Source: Gammaproteobacteria bacterium (GTDB taxonomy: Bacteria > Pseudomonadota > Gammaproteobacteria > Ga0077536). Taken from it: 64,000 bases of DNA. Made by a program: the position numbers and the translations under genes. Positions 54,674 through 64,000 of this stretch are shown here, in pieces. The notes under the pieces are model-generated. The model made no database searches and had not been told where the DNA came from. It was given only the letters and a program-made list of their open reading frames with translations. The stretch is from the NCBI GenBank assembly GCA_963662545.2, contig CAXXLL010000002.1:1376001-1440000 (forward strand). The letters run 5' to 3'. Position 1 is the stretch's first letter; each line of letters begins with the position of its first letter.

Positions 54674-56818
54674 TCAGGTGGTCAGTCGGCGGTAGATGTC
54701 CGCGACTTTCTTGGGTAGCTTGTGAATTTCATCGATCACCGCGTAGTTCGCGGAGCCATACATATGCGGCAGGTATTCCTGCGCTTCATTGTCGATCGTA
54801 ATACAAAACGCATGGATCCCGCCCTGTTTCATCTCCAGTAATGCGTGGCGCGTGTCCTCGATACCGTATTTCCCCTTGTAACCGCCGTAGTCCTCCGGCC
54901 GCCCGTCGGACAGGGTAATCAACAGCTTGGTGCGGGCGTGAGTCAGGTGCAGCAGGTGTCCCAAATGGCGGATCGCTACGCCCATCCGCGTATAGGCCTT
55001 GGGGCGGATGCCGCTGATTCGCTGCTTGACATCCAGGTTATAGGCTTGCTCGAAGTCCTTGATCCGGTAGACCTCGCAGCGCTTGTTGGTGCGCCCCGAG
55101 AATCCGAAAATCGCATAGCGGTCGCCGAGCATTTCGAGCGCTTCGCACAACAGGACCAAGGCTTCGCGTTCAGCGTCGTTAACCCAGCCGAGGGTCGAAC
55201 CGCTCATATCGACCATGAACATGACCGCGATACTACGCTCCTGATTACGGTAGCGCGTGTAAAGGTACTCGCTCATCTCGCGACCGTTGGCGACATCCGC
55301 GTAGGCCTCGACGATGGCATCGAGATCGATGTCGTCACCGTCAGACTGACGCCGCTGCAGCCGCGATTCGCCGAGCACCGCCTCGAAGGTTTTTTTGATC
55401 GACTTGAGGAGCCCGCGGTGCTTGTGCAAGGTTTCATCAACGAAGGATTCGTCACCAGGGGCGACAGCTAATTCGCGCAGGGTACAAAAATCCTCTCTGA
55501 AGCGTTGACGCACGCAGTCCCACTCACGGTACTTGAAGGATCCTCTCGCCTCGGGGTCCAAGGCGTTGTCGGAATCGGCATCACCTGTCTGCGGCTGTAG
55601 ATCGTTGCGGTATTCGCCGAGGTCCATGGGCTTCATGTGGTCGTTCGGTATTTCAGCGAAGTCCTGGAGGATCGAGCCCACCAAATCCCTTAGGTGGTCG
55701 GATACGTCGACGCCCTCACCATCCATCGTCACCTGGAAATCCAATTCGGAGTTCGGCCCGCCGTCCTCCTCCGATAACAGAATATCGATCAGGTTCTTCT
55801 GTGACTCGTCGGGTGAATCGCCGCTTTGTGGCGCCTCCTCGCTGTCACGCATTTCGCGGAGCAGGCGTTGAAACTCCTTTTTTTCGCGCTCGATGCGGGC
55901 AAACATCGCCTCGCGAACCTTTGCAGCGAACATCTCACCCTGGTAGTGCTTGAGCGTTGGCAGGGGCAGATCTCTGAATTCGTCGATCATTCGAAGCGAA
56001 TCCTCGGCGGTCGCGCCGGGACGCAGCAGTTCGGCCGCGCGTTCGATCCAGGCTTGCCATTGCGCCGCCGTATCGGGGTCTTGCCGCCCAAGGGCTTCGA
56101 ATTCGCGTCCCAAGCCAGGGAAATCGCGCGCCAGACAGGCGTCGAGCCGCAGGCATTCAAGGCGATTGAAGATTGAGATTACCGCGTCGATCTCGAAATG
56201 GCGAATCAGTTTTTCCACCACGTGATAGCGCCAGGTTCCGTACCAGGTCTGTGCCCATAGATGCACGGCAGTCAGTTTGTATACCTTGAAGTTCTGCTCC
56301 GCGTCGGGAAAGATTCCTAGCATGTCCGGAAGAAACAGTGACTCGGTGTCGGTGAACGTCGAGCGATCGCTCGCGATCCTCAATTCACGCCCACCCAGGC
56401 CGCGTACAAAATACCGGAGAAACGTGCTGGCATCGTCGAACTCGCAGCGCATGTGTCGCGATGAGTAATCGACGGCGAATGCTTCGACGTCTTCGAGGGC
56501 CTCAAGCGCGAAACCGAGTCCCCGGTTGTCGAAAACAGTCATCGCCTGGTCGACCCAGTCCAGCACCCCATCACCGTCCATTGCCTCAAAGGCCGAGGGT
56601 ACCTTGGTGACGAAATGTGCGGCGAGTTCGTTATTTGAGCGCGCGATGAGCCGCGACCATTCGTAAATGAATTCCTGGTCACCGGGATCGAGTGCCGCGA
56701 TTCGTACGATCAAATCATCCACCCGGCCGTGTCGCTCGAGTGCTCCGCCCGTGAACTTTTCGAGATCCTTGCGGATCCGGATGCGGTTCAAGACGTTTTG
56801 CCGCGATTCGTCGCTCAC
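54674..56818 (-). CDS. CbbO/NorD-family VWA-domain adaptor protein
   Basis: YREWD, DGDDIDLDA, MVDMSGST (MIDAS), YTRMGVAIRH, LSDGRPED, GIEDTRHA. Confidence 0.9.
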   Translation of the reverse strand: MSDESRQNVLNRIRIRKDLEKFTGGALERHGRVDDLIVRIAALDPGDQEFIYEWSRLIARSNNELAAHFVTKVPSAFEAMDGDGVLDWVDQAMTVFDNRGLGFALEALEDVEAFAVDYSSRHMRCEFDDASTFLRYFVRGLGGRELRIASDRSTFTDTESLFLPDMLGIFPDAEQNFKVYKLTAVHLWAQTWYGTWRYHVVEKLIRHFEIDAVISIFNRLECLRLDACLARDFPGLGREFEALGRQDPDTAAQWQAWIERAAELLRPGATAEDSLRMIDEFRDLPLPTLKHYQGEMFAAKVREAMFARIEREKKEFQRLLREMRDSEEAPQSGDSPDESQKNLIDILLSEEDGGPNSELDFQVTMDGEGVDVSDHLRDLVGSILQDFAEIPNDHMKPMDLGEYRNDLQPQTGDADSDNALDPEARGSFKYREWDCVRQRFREDFCTLRELAVAPGDESFVDETLHKHRGLLKSIKKTFEAVLGESRLQRRQSDGDDIDLDAIVEAYADVANGREMSEYLYTRYRNQERSIAVMFMVDMSGSTLGWVNDAEREALVLLCEALEMLGDRYAIFGFSGRTNKRCEVYRIKDFEQAYNLDVKQRISGIRPKAYTRMGVAIRHLGHLLHLTHARTKLLITLSDGRPEDYGGYKGKYGIEDTRHALLEMKQGGIHAFCITIDNEAQEYLPHMYGSANYAVIDEIHKLPKKVADIYRRLTT

Positions 56819-56971
56819 GTCAACGGCCGCGAAATGATTCGCTTAGGTAGAGTTGCATTTAGGGAGCCGCCTTGTTTCACACGGTATTTGCCAATAATTA
56901 TCTGCGCGTACTAGCGGCTCGCTAAAGTCGATCTATTCCGTCTATCCTGGCAAAAACTTCGGCCCCGTTTT

Positions 56972-57790
56972 TTAGAATACCGAGCGGCTCAATTCGTGTA
57001 TTGCGCGCAGCATGTCTTCGTCGTCGGTCAATGCCTGAGTGACAGCGGTGTCGGTTGCGACCACGGGACTGATATCTTCGGCCATCAGCTTGGCGGCATT
57101 GACGAGAAGCCGTGTGCTGGCACCTTCATCCAGGCCGCTGCCTTTTAGATTACGTGTCATGGCTCCGAATTTGACCAGCTGGCGGGCAGTGGCTTCATCG
57201 ATGCCACTCTCTTTTTCAATGATCGTCTGCTCAATTTCCATGTTCGGATAATTGAATTCAAGTGCGACGAACCTTTGCCGGGTACTTTGCTTCAAGTCCT
57301 TCAACACACTTTGATATCCGGGGTTGTAGGAGATCGTGAGACAGAATTCAGGCGGCGCTGAAATCAGCTCACCGAGTTTCTCAATCGGCAGCAGGCGCCG
57401 GTCGTCGCACAGGGGATGAATGACCACCGATGTATCCTTGCGGGCTTCGACGATCTCGTCGAGATAACAGATGCTGCCGTTGCGTACCGCGCTCGTGAGC
57501 GGACCGTCGACCCATACCGTCTCTCCACCCTTGATGAGATAGCGGCCGATCAGATCTGAGGCAGTCAGGTCGTCGTGACACGCGACCGTGACCATCGGGC
57601 GTTTCAAATACCACGCCATGTATTCGATGAACCGGGTCTTGCCGCAGCCGGTCGGTCCCTTTAGCAACAGCGGGAGCTGATTCCGGTACGCGGCGGCGAA
57701 GACCTGGATTTCGTCGCCGATCGCCTCGTAATAAGGTTCCGAGGTCATCAGCGTCGGTTTCGTTTGTATTGCGGTGGTGGACATTTGCAT
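56972..57790 (-). CDS. CbbQ/NirQ/NorQ-family AAA+ ATPase
   Basis: [59 protein letters not shown]. Confidence 0.93.
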   Translation of the reverse strand: MQMSTTAIQTKPTLMTSEPYYEAIGDEIQVFAAAYRNQLPLLLKGPTGCGKTRFIEYMAWYLKRPMVTVACHDDLTASDLIGRYLIKGGETVWVDGPLTSAVRNGSICYLDEIVEARKDTSVVIHPLCDDRRLLPIEKLGELISAPPEFCLTISYNPGYQSVLKDLKQSTRQRFVALEFNYPNMEIEQTIIEKESGIDEATARQLVKFGAMTRNLKGSGLDEGASTRLLVNAAKLMAEDISPVVATDTAVTQALTDDEDMLRAIHELSRSVF

Positions 57791-57956
57791 CGACGTAGTA
57801 GGGGCTAGGGCCGGTATGGCGAAAAACCGGGTATTGCACGAGCCTGCCGATGATCAGGATGGAGGGCATCGTGTCGCCAAGCGCGACACTATACTGAAGT
57901 GAGCTTGGCCCAACTAGCCCGTATTAATCTGCCATAACACCCAAAGACATCTGTCG

Positions 57957-58342
57957 ATGCTCGAAAAACTTAATCCCGCCGCCATCATGGCGCCGTTCAA
58001 GAATACTTATCACCATGCCGTGGTCATTCCTGCGAACGCGCGAATCGTGTACGTATCAGGGCAGGTGGGCTTGCGTGCCGACGGAAGCTTACCCGATACC
58101 CTGGAAGCGCAGGCCGACCAAGCCTGGCAGAACCTAATGGCCTGTCTAGGCGAAGCCGGGATGGGACCGGAAAACATCGTAAAAATAAACGCTTACCTCA
58201 TCGATGCCGACGATTATTCGGCCTTTGCCGCCGCTCGCGCGAAACATATCGGCGACCCGCGTCCACAGCCGTGCTCATCAAGCAGTTACTATTGCCCGAG
58301 TGGCATTTCGAGATCGAAGCGGTCGCCGCAGCGCCGCAATGA
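57957..58342 (+). pseudogene. RidA/YjgF family protein, frameshifted near 58256
   Basis: The starting frame gives YHHAV...VYVSGQVG...KHIGD. The conserved end PASTAVLIKQLLLPEWHFEIEAVAAAPQ* lies in the -1 frame (58256-58342). Confidence 0.8.
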
Positions 58343-58478
58343 CTGCTATTACATTGATCTGGTTGAGCTTCCGAAGTAGACGCTCAGTCGGCCGGCGTAG
58401 TACTCTTGCTTACCATCCGGCCACGACGGTCACCCGGGGCGGGACCCACGGCCTCTGGACGATCAGGAGTAAAGAATT

Positions 58479-59705
58479 ATGGAAGTAGGCGCGTTTTATC
58501 TTCCGTCGCTCGGGCGCAAAAAAGACATGGAACAGGGTATGGCCGGCAAACGTACCGACCTGTACCAGATGATGCTGCGCGAGCTGACCGAGCAGATCCA
58601 GTACATGGACGAACACGGGTATTACGGAACCGCTTTTACCGAGCACCACTTCCACATCGAAGGCGAAGAAGTCTCGACCAACCCCGTCATGCTGGACCTC
58701 TATTTCGGCATGCAGACTAAGAACATGAAGTTCGGTCAACTGGGCAATGTCCTGCCGTCGAAGAATCCCATCAATGTGGCCGAAGATATCGCCATGGCCT
58801 CGCAGATGCTGCAGGGCCGGATCTTTGCCGGATTTGCACGCGGATACCAGCCGCGCTGGGTCAACGTGCTCGGTCAGCAGATCGGGCTCGCCAACCCGGC
58901 ATCCGGTGAAGATTACGAAGAACTCAAACGATCGCTCTTCGAGGAGCATTTCGACATCATCATCGAAGCGTGGAAGAACGATACTTTCAGCTTTAAGGGC
59001 AAGCACTGGCAGATTCCGACGCCTGACATCAAATGGGCCGCCGAGGCCGTCGCGCGCGAGTTCGGACAGGGATGCGACGAGGATGGCTATATCCAGGAAA
59101 TCGGCATCGCGCCGCCGACTTACAACAAGGAACTCCCCGACATGTTCATGCCGTTCGCGACTTCGGAGCGCTCGATCAAGTGGGGTATGTCGCGCGGTAT
59201 CGTACCGGTGACGATCATGACGCATTACGATGTGGTGAGAGAGCATTTTCGCGCGGGTTTGGAAGCGGCCAACGAAGCCGGCCTCGATTACAAGTTCGGG
59301 CAGGGCATGGCGCTGAGCCGCGAGGTCATCGTTGCCGATACCGACGAAGAGGCCGAGGCCATCGCGCGCGATGCCGGGCCGTTCGTCTGGCTGAAGTTTT
59401 TCGTGCCCTTCGGTTTCAACGCGGCGCTCGCAGCACCGGGCGAAGGTCCCTTCGACGTACCAGCCACGTTCGAAGCCATGGTTGAGCGCGGATTGTTGAT
59501 TCACGGAAGCCCGGATACAGTCAACCGGAAGATTGAGGATCTGCTAAAGCATCTCCCCGTCGACTATTTTTGGATGTTCATCTACAACCATATGCCGCAC
59601 GACGCGTGCATGCGCAGTCTCGAACTTATAACCGAGAAGGTGTGGCCCAACTTCACCGATAAGATCAAGGCATCGAACACGCAGCGCGTCGCCGCCACCG
59701 CCTGA
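58479..59705 (+). CDS. LLM-class flavin-dependent oxidoreductase
   Basis: FTEHHFHIEG, LGNVLP..NPINVAEDIAM, GFARGYQ, GSPDTV. Confidence 0.9.
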   Translation: MEVGAFYLPSLGRKKDMEQGMAGKRTDLYQMMLRELTEQIQYMDEHGYYGTAFTEHHFHIEGEEVSTNPVMLDLYFGMQTKNMKFGQLGNVLPSKNPINVAEDIAMASQMLQGRIFAGFARGYQPRWVNVLGQQIGLANPASGEDYEELKRSLFEEHFDIIIEAWKNDTFSFKGKHWQIPTPDIKWAAEAVAREFGQGCDEDGYIQEIGIAPPTYNKELPDMFMPFATSERSIKWGMSRGIVPVTIMTHYDVVREHFRAGLEAANEAGLDYKFGQGMALSREVIVADTDEEAEAIARDAGPFVWLKFFVPFGFNAALAAPGEGPFDVPATFEAMVERGLLIHGSPDTVNRKIEDLLKHLPVDYFWMFIYNHMPHDACMRSLELITEKVWPNFTDKIKASNTQRVAATA

Positions 59706-59828
59706 TACCGATCGCGAAGAGCGCTTTTAACCCGGCGACGGCTTGCAGGCCGACACCGGGTTTTCATTTACTGAAGCCTGCGAGCGGCCTGGGTTTCAGC
59801 CCATACGGTCTCCACCGCTTGAATTCGG

Positions 59829-60770
59829 GTGCTTGAGGTGAATGCGGTCGCTCCCGTCGTCATTCCCGTGTTCGGAACGGCCGTGCTGGGATACGCTCTG
59901 GCCCGCGGCGGCCTGTTCAGTGCCGAGGTCGGCACTGCCCTCGTTCGTTTCATGTACTACCTCGCCATCCCGGCGATGTTGTTTAGAATCCTCGCGAGCG
60001 CGGAGTTACCCGCGGAGATTCCATGGCGCTACCTGCTTGCCTTCTATCTGCCTGCTTTCGCGACGTTCTGGCTCGCGATGCGGCTGGTAAGCACGTGGTT
60101 CTCTTGGCAGCGGCGCGAAGAGGGCATCGCCGGCATGTCCGCCAGTTACTCCAATATGGTGATGCTGGGTTACCCCTTGACGCTCGCCGCCTTCGGCACG
60201 GATGCCGCGGTCCCGATGTTTATTCTGCTGGCGACGCAGAGCACATTTATGTTCCCGATCGTGACCTATACAACCGAAATCGGCGGCGACCTGCACGTCG
60301 CGGGCGTTGCGGCACGACTGCGGGCCTTGACGAAACCCATGCTCAATCCCGTTATCCTGAGCCTCGCACTCGGTGTGGCGGCGAACCTGATGGGGTTGCC
60401 ACTGCATCCGTCCGCGGATCGAATTCTGGAACTGGTGGGCTCGGCGGGCCCGGGCTGTGCACTCGTTGCGCTCGGCATCAGCCTCGCTCAATACGAACTG
60501 GGCGGAGCTTACCGAACGGTCGTTGTGCTGGTCGGCCTCAAGAATTTCGTCTTTCCGGCGGCCGTCTGGACGACCTGCCACTTACTCGCGATCGAGGGCG
60601 TTTGGCTCCACGTGGCGGTCTTGTTGGCGGTGATGCCGACCGGGGTCAATGCGTTCATTTTCTCGAGTCGGTACGGTATTCGCCGGCGCGATGTGTCGAA
60701 TACCATCGTCGTGTCGACGGTCGTATCCAGTATTGTCGCGACGGGTTTGCTCGGCATGTTCATGCAATAA
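59829..60770 (+). CDS. AEC family (auxin efflux carrier) transporter
   Basis: YLAIPAMLF, SYSNMVMLGYP, NPVILS, ALVALGISL, MPTGVNAF. Confidence 0.9.
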   Translation: MLEVNAVAPVVIPVFGTAVLGYALARGGLFSAEVGTALVRFMYYLAIPAMLFRILASAELPAEIPWRYLLAFYLPAFATFWLAMRLVSTWFSWQRREEGIAGMSASYSNMVMLGYPLTLAAFGTDAAVPMFILLATQSTFMFPIVTYTTEIGGDLHVAGVAARLRALTKPMLNPVILSLALGVAANLMGLPLHPSADRILELVGSAGPGCALVALGISLAQYELGGAYRTVVVLVGLKNFVFPAAVWTTCHLLAIEGVWLHVAVLLAVMPTGVNAFIFSSRYGIRRRDVSNTIVVSTVVSSIVATGLLGMFMQ

Positions 60771-60779
60771 ACATCGGGG

Positions 60780-61994
60780 TCAACGGATCGTTCCTGCCGT
60801 GGCCTGAGGGTGGCTGATCGAATTCAGATTCTTTAGGGCGATATTCGCCTTTGCCGAAGTATTGGCGAGCGCTACGGTGTTTACTTTCTGCGCCGCAATC
60901 ATTGCCTTGACCGACGCGATTTTTGCGTTCTTGACCGCATGGGGAACGCGGGGGGGTGTTGAGCCCCTTTGGGCATTGACGGCCGCTTTGCTCCTCGTCA
61001 AGTGGGGAACAGTGCGCTCAGTGACGATACCCCGTGTTATCGACGGTACGTTCAGGCCGACGATGGGCGCCATGACGTTGCCATTTATTTCTGCCGTAGC
61101 GAGCGTCAGGGCCCGGGTCATATCCGCTTTCGTACCGACGACCAGCGGTCGGCCGGGACGGGAAAGTATCCGCACGTGGTGCGTTTGGATATCGGTGGCT
61201 AGGATCGCCGGTGTGTCATTGGTGCGTGAGGATTCCGCGTCGGTCGCCACATCGGGTGCCGGTTCGGCAACGGCAAGGGAACCTGCTGATTCGCCATTTT
61301 TATTTGACGCCGGGCTGTCGTCATCACCTTCCGATTCTTCGGGTGTTGGCGGCGCTTTCCGGAGCACGAAATTTGGCGAGAATGTCGAGAATTCGGGGAG
61401 CGTAAACGCATTCTTCACGTGCGCGGAACGACCTGCCGGCACATCGAGAACGCCGGCCGTATTCTCGATGAATATCGTTCCTTCCAGCGTTTCGGCGTGT
61501 AATCCTTGCATATATGTTTTGCGGTTGCCGAGTACGCACTCCACCTCGCACAGCAGGACGTTGTAGGCCGTGCCCCGAATTCCTATCGTCCCGTAGGACG
61601 TACGTAGGCCGTAGCGCTTGGCCCGTGCATGGCCAATGGCTCCGCTGATCGCGCGCATGCCGCCTTTCAAGAGTTCGAACAAAGCCCACTCGGCCCCGTC
61701 TTCAGACTCGTTGTATTCAAAGCGCTCGATACGAAAACGGGTGTTTTTCTGGATCGATATGAACCCGCCGTCCCGAAATGCAAGCTGAATCGCCCCATTT
61801 TCGGTCACGAGTGTCGTGCCCGCCGAAATCTGCTGGCCTTCGAGGATAGAGAATCGCTCGCCCGCCTCGGTTTCCGTCCAGGCACTGCCAATCACCACTA
61901 TCACCTCGGCAGCGCCATTTGCGGCGAACAACGCGCTCGAAAAAGCCAGCAGAACCAAAAGTATGAGGCAGCGGGATATGGAGCATTTAGGCAT
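60780..61994 (-). CDS. Exported FecR-domain protein with low-complexity tail
   Basis: Signal peptide; QLAFRDGGFISIQKNTRFRI, LLKGGMRAISG, TIGIRGT. Start set at ATG 61994. Confidence 0.82.
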   Translation of the reverse strand: MPKCSISRCLILLVLLAFSSALFAANGAAEVIVVIGSAWTETEAGERFSILEGQQISAGTTLVTENGAIQLAFRDGGFISIQKNTRFRIERFEYNESEDGAEWALFELLKGGMRAISGAIGHARAKRYGLRTSYGTIGIRGTAYNVLLCEVECVLGNRKTYMQGLHAETLEGTIFIENTAGVLDVPAGRSAHVKNAFTLPEFSTFSPNFVLRKAPPTPEESEGDDDSPASNKNGESAGSLAVAEPAPDVATDAESSRTNDTPAILATDIQTHHVRILSRPGRPLVVGTKADMTRALTLATAEINGNVMAPIVGLNVPSITRGIVTERTVPHLTRSKAAVNAQRGSTPPRVPHAVKNAKIASVKAMIAAQKVNTVALANTSAKANIALKNLNSISHPQATAGTIR

Positions 61995-62285
61995 TTGTGG
62001 GCACCCTTTAGTGAAATCGTTCGGCGGTAGAAAAAGCGGCAGTACAGTTTCCAGATCGACGCCTTGGCGTGTTGTGACGGTCGTCACGGGGCGGACCGCT
62101 TAACGAAAATTGACATTCTCACCACCTGGGAGATATCTGATTGAACGCGCCGCGGCCGGACTGGTTGACACAGGCGATGCCGGATCAGTGCGATCGGCGC
62201 CGTTGGCTGCGAACCGCCGCAGGTGTATAAAGTCCCAATATACGAGCTCGGGCACGCCCCGGGGCTGACGAACAGGAGTTTTCAC

Positions 62286-62975
62286 ATGTCGACGGGCGGC
62301 GAAATATTGCTGATAGAGGACCACCGCGATATCGCGGAGATGGTGTTCGATTACCTCGAAAATCAGGGGTATACGGTCGATTACGCGGCCGATGGTGTGA
62401 CCGGGCTCCATCTCGGGATCCAGAACGACTACGACGCCGTGGTTTTGGATCTGATGCTGCCTGGCATCGACGGCCTCGATGTCTGTCGGCGGCTACGCAG
62501 GGACGCACACGTCGACGCGCCGGTATTGATGTTGACCGCCCGCGATACTCTCGAAGACAAGCTATTGGGATTTGAAAGCGGTGCGGACGACTACCTGGTC
62601 AAGCCCTTTGATCTGGAAGAGCTGGAAGCTCGGCTTGGCTCGCTCATCCGGCGCCGGCGGGGCGATATTGCGCGCGAGCTACTGCGGGTGGGCGAATTGA
62701 CGCTGGATCTTCAGACGCTGAAAGTCATGCGCGAGGCGCACGAATTAACGGTATCGCCGATTGGCATTAAAATCCTCACGGTCCTCATGCAGCGCTCGCC
62801 GAAGGTCGTCGACAGATGGGCCATTGAGCGCGCGATATGGGGAGACCTGCCGCCAGACAGCGACGCGCTGCGCAGCCATATGTACAACCTTCGCAAGGTC
62901 GTCGACAAGCCTTTCACGGGGCGCATGATTTATACGGTGCACAGTGCCGGCTTCAGAATCGTCGCCGGTGAATGA
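62286..62975 (+). CDS. OmpR-family response regulator (ColR-like)
   Basis: ILLIEDH, LDLMLPGIDG, LMLTARD, GADDYLVKPF, PPDSDALRSHMYNLR. Confidence 0.93.
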   Translation: MSTGGEILLIEDHRDIAEMVFDYLENQGYTVDYAADGVTGLHLGIQNDYDAVVLDLMLPGIDGLDVCRRLRRDAHVDAPVLMLTARDTLEDKLLGFESGADDYLVKPFDLEELEARLGSLIRRRRGDIARELLRVGELTLDLQTLKVMREAHELTVSPIGIKILTVLMQRSPKVVDRWAIERAIWGDLPPDSDALRSHMYNLRKVVDKPFTGRMIYTVHSAGFRIVAGE

Positions 62976-64000
62976 GCGCAAGCCGCGCCTGAACGCGCGC
63001 TTGTGGCGCGCTTTCATACTACAGATCGTATTGATCAGCGCGACGGCTGTCGCCGGTGTATTCCTCGCGGAATTCGCGATTCGCGAACTCTTGATCGTAT
63101 CCGCCCTGGAACGAGAAGCCGACTATTTCTGGTCGCGTTACAACATCACCCGCGACACCCCGGCTCCAAATACCAATACCTTCATCGGATACGTATTCGG
63201 CCGCGGAGCGCCGAACACGCCAGAGGAATTCCAGAATCTCGGTCTTGGTATTCATGATTTGACGATGCAGGTTGGTAAGGGCGTGGTGCACGTCAGTGAG
63301 TCGGAAGACATGCGTCTGTATTTGGTATTCGACGCCAACAACGTCAATGAGCTTGCAACCTATTTCGGCATCATGCCGCTGGCATTGATGCTGATCGTGC
63401 TTTACTCCTCGGCGTGGGTCGCCTACGGCATCGCGCGTCGTGCCGTGTCACCGGTTGTACGTCTTGCCCGTGCGGTACGGGACATCGATGTAGCAACCCC
63501 GGATCTGGGGGCCTTCAATGCGGCGAATCAGGGGCAGGGACACGATGCGGAAATCCATTCCCTGTCTAATGCACTCCGTCACCTGATGGCCCGCGTCGAC
63601 CAGTTCGTCGAGCGTGAAAGAACGTTCACGCGCGAGACGAGCCACGAACTGAGAAGCCCTCTGACTGTCATTCGCATGGCTAGCGACACGTTGTTGAATC
63701 GTGGAACACTGGAGGATGGGGCTCGCTCCTTGATCGGGAAGATCAAGCGATCCGCGCAGGACATGGAAGAGCTGACCGAGGCCTTACTCGCGCTGGCGCG
63801 AGATTTCGAAGGCACAGGCAGGAACGAAAGGACTTCGATCAATGAAGTAATCGAGAATGAGCTCGCGCGATGCCGGATAATCTACCACGACGCCCCGGTA
63901 ACGCTGGATTTGAACGAGAATGTCGAGCTTGTGGTCGACAGCCCGCCCAAAATCGCGGGGATCGTTTTTGGAAACCTGATTCGAAACGCATGCGCCTACA
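62968..64000 (+). CDS. Sensor histidine kinase (ColS-like), truncated by the window end
   Basis: Manual translation from GTG 62968: VNERKPRLNARLWRAFILQIVLIS (TM)...HAMP...FTRETSHELRSPLTVI (H-box)...GNLIRNA (N-box). Confidence 0.9.
   Translation, partial: MNERKPRLNARLWRAFILQIVLISATAVAGVFLAEFAIRELLIVSALEREADYFWSRYNITRDTPAPNTNTFIGYVFGRGAPNTPEEFQNLGLGIHDLTMQVGKGVVHVSESEDMRLYLVFDANNVNELATYFGIMPLALMLIVLYSSAWVAYGIARRAVSPVVRLARAVRDIDVATPDLGAFNAANQGQGHDAEIHSLSNALRHLMARVDQFVERERTFTRETSHELRSPLTVIRMASDTLLNRGTLEDGARSLIGKIKRSAQDMEELTEALLALARDFEGTGRNERTSINEVIENELARCRIIYHDAPVTLDLNENVELVVDSPPKIAGIVFGNLIRNACAY

Noticed and set aside
62972-62992. ATG overlapping the response regulator stop as the kinase start
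   Set aside because: That frame stops after six codons. The kinase frame begins at GTG 62968.

Overview
A 64-kb, GC-rich bacterial chromosomal segment. The E. coli-type LexA box CTGT-N8-ACAG points to a Gamma/Betaproteobacterium; that assignment is inference. The window has no rRNA, tRNA, CRISPR array, phage or transposase. Main content: a soxXYZAB thiosulfate-oxidation cluster with no adjacent soxCD, flanked by an FrhB-like protein and an F420-type LLM oxidoreductase; a tungstate ABC transporter (tupBCA) with an outer-membrane channel, divergent from yqeC and a ModE/PBP regulator; a solitary LexA-controlled dnaE2; serC-serA; a sigma54-type PEP-CTERM gene; a three-subunit acyl-CoA carboxylase; an orphan cbbQ/cbbO-type pair; many flavin and hydrolase catabolic genes; and a two-component system cut by the right edge. 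Signals the ORF track misses: (1) an AhpD-related selenoprotein (C-F-Y-UGA-T followed by a SECIS-like hairpin) that the track splits into two ORFs; (2) three families of ~160-bp MITEs with 4-bp target-site duplications and compensatory base changes, some carrying CsrA/RsmA-type GGA hairpins on the strand of the adjacent gene; (3) an unrecognised ~200-nt multibranched RNA candidate upstream of a diguanylate cyclase; (4) a TetR mini-regulon of three small membrane or secreted peptides with three operator copies; (5) two disrupted genes (a transglutaminase with a nonsense codon and a RidA with a frameshift).
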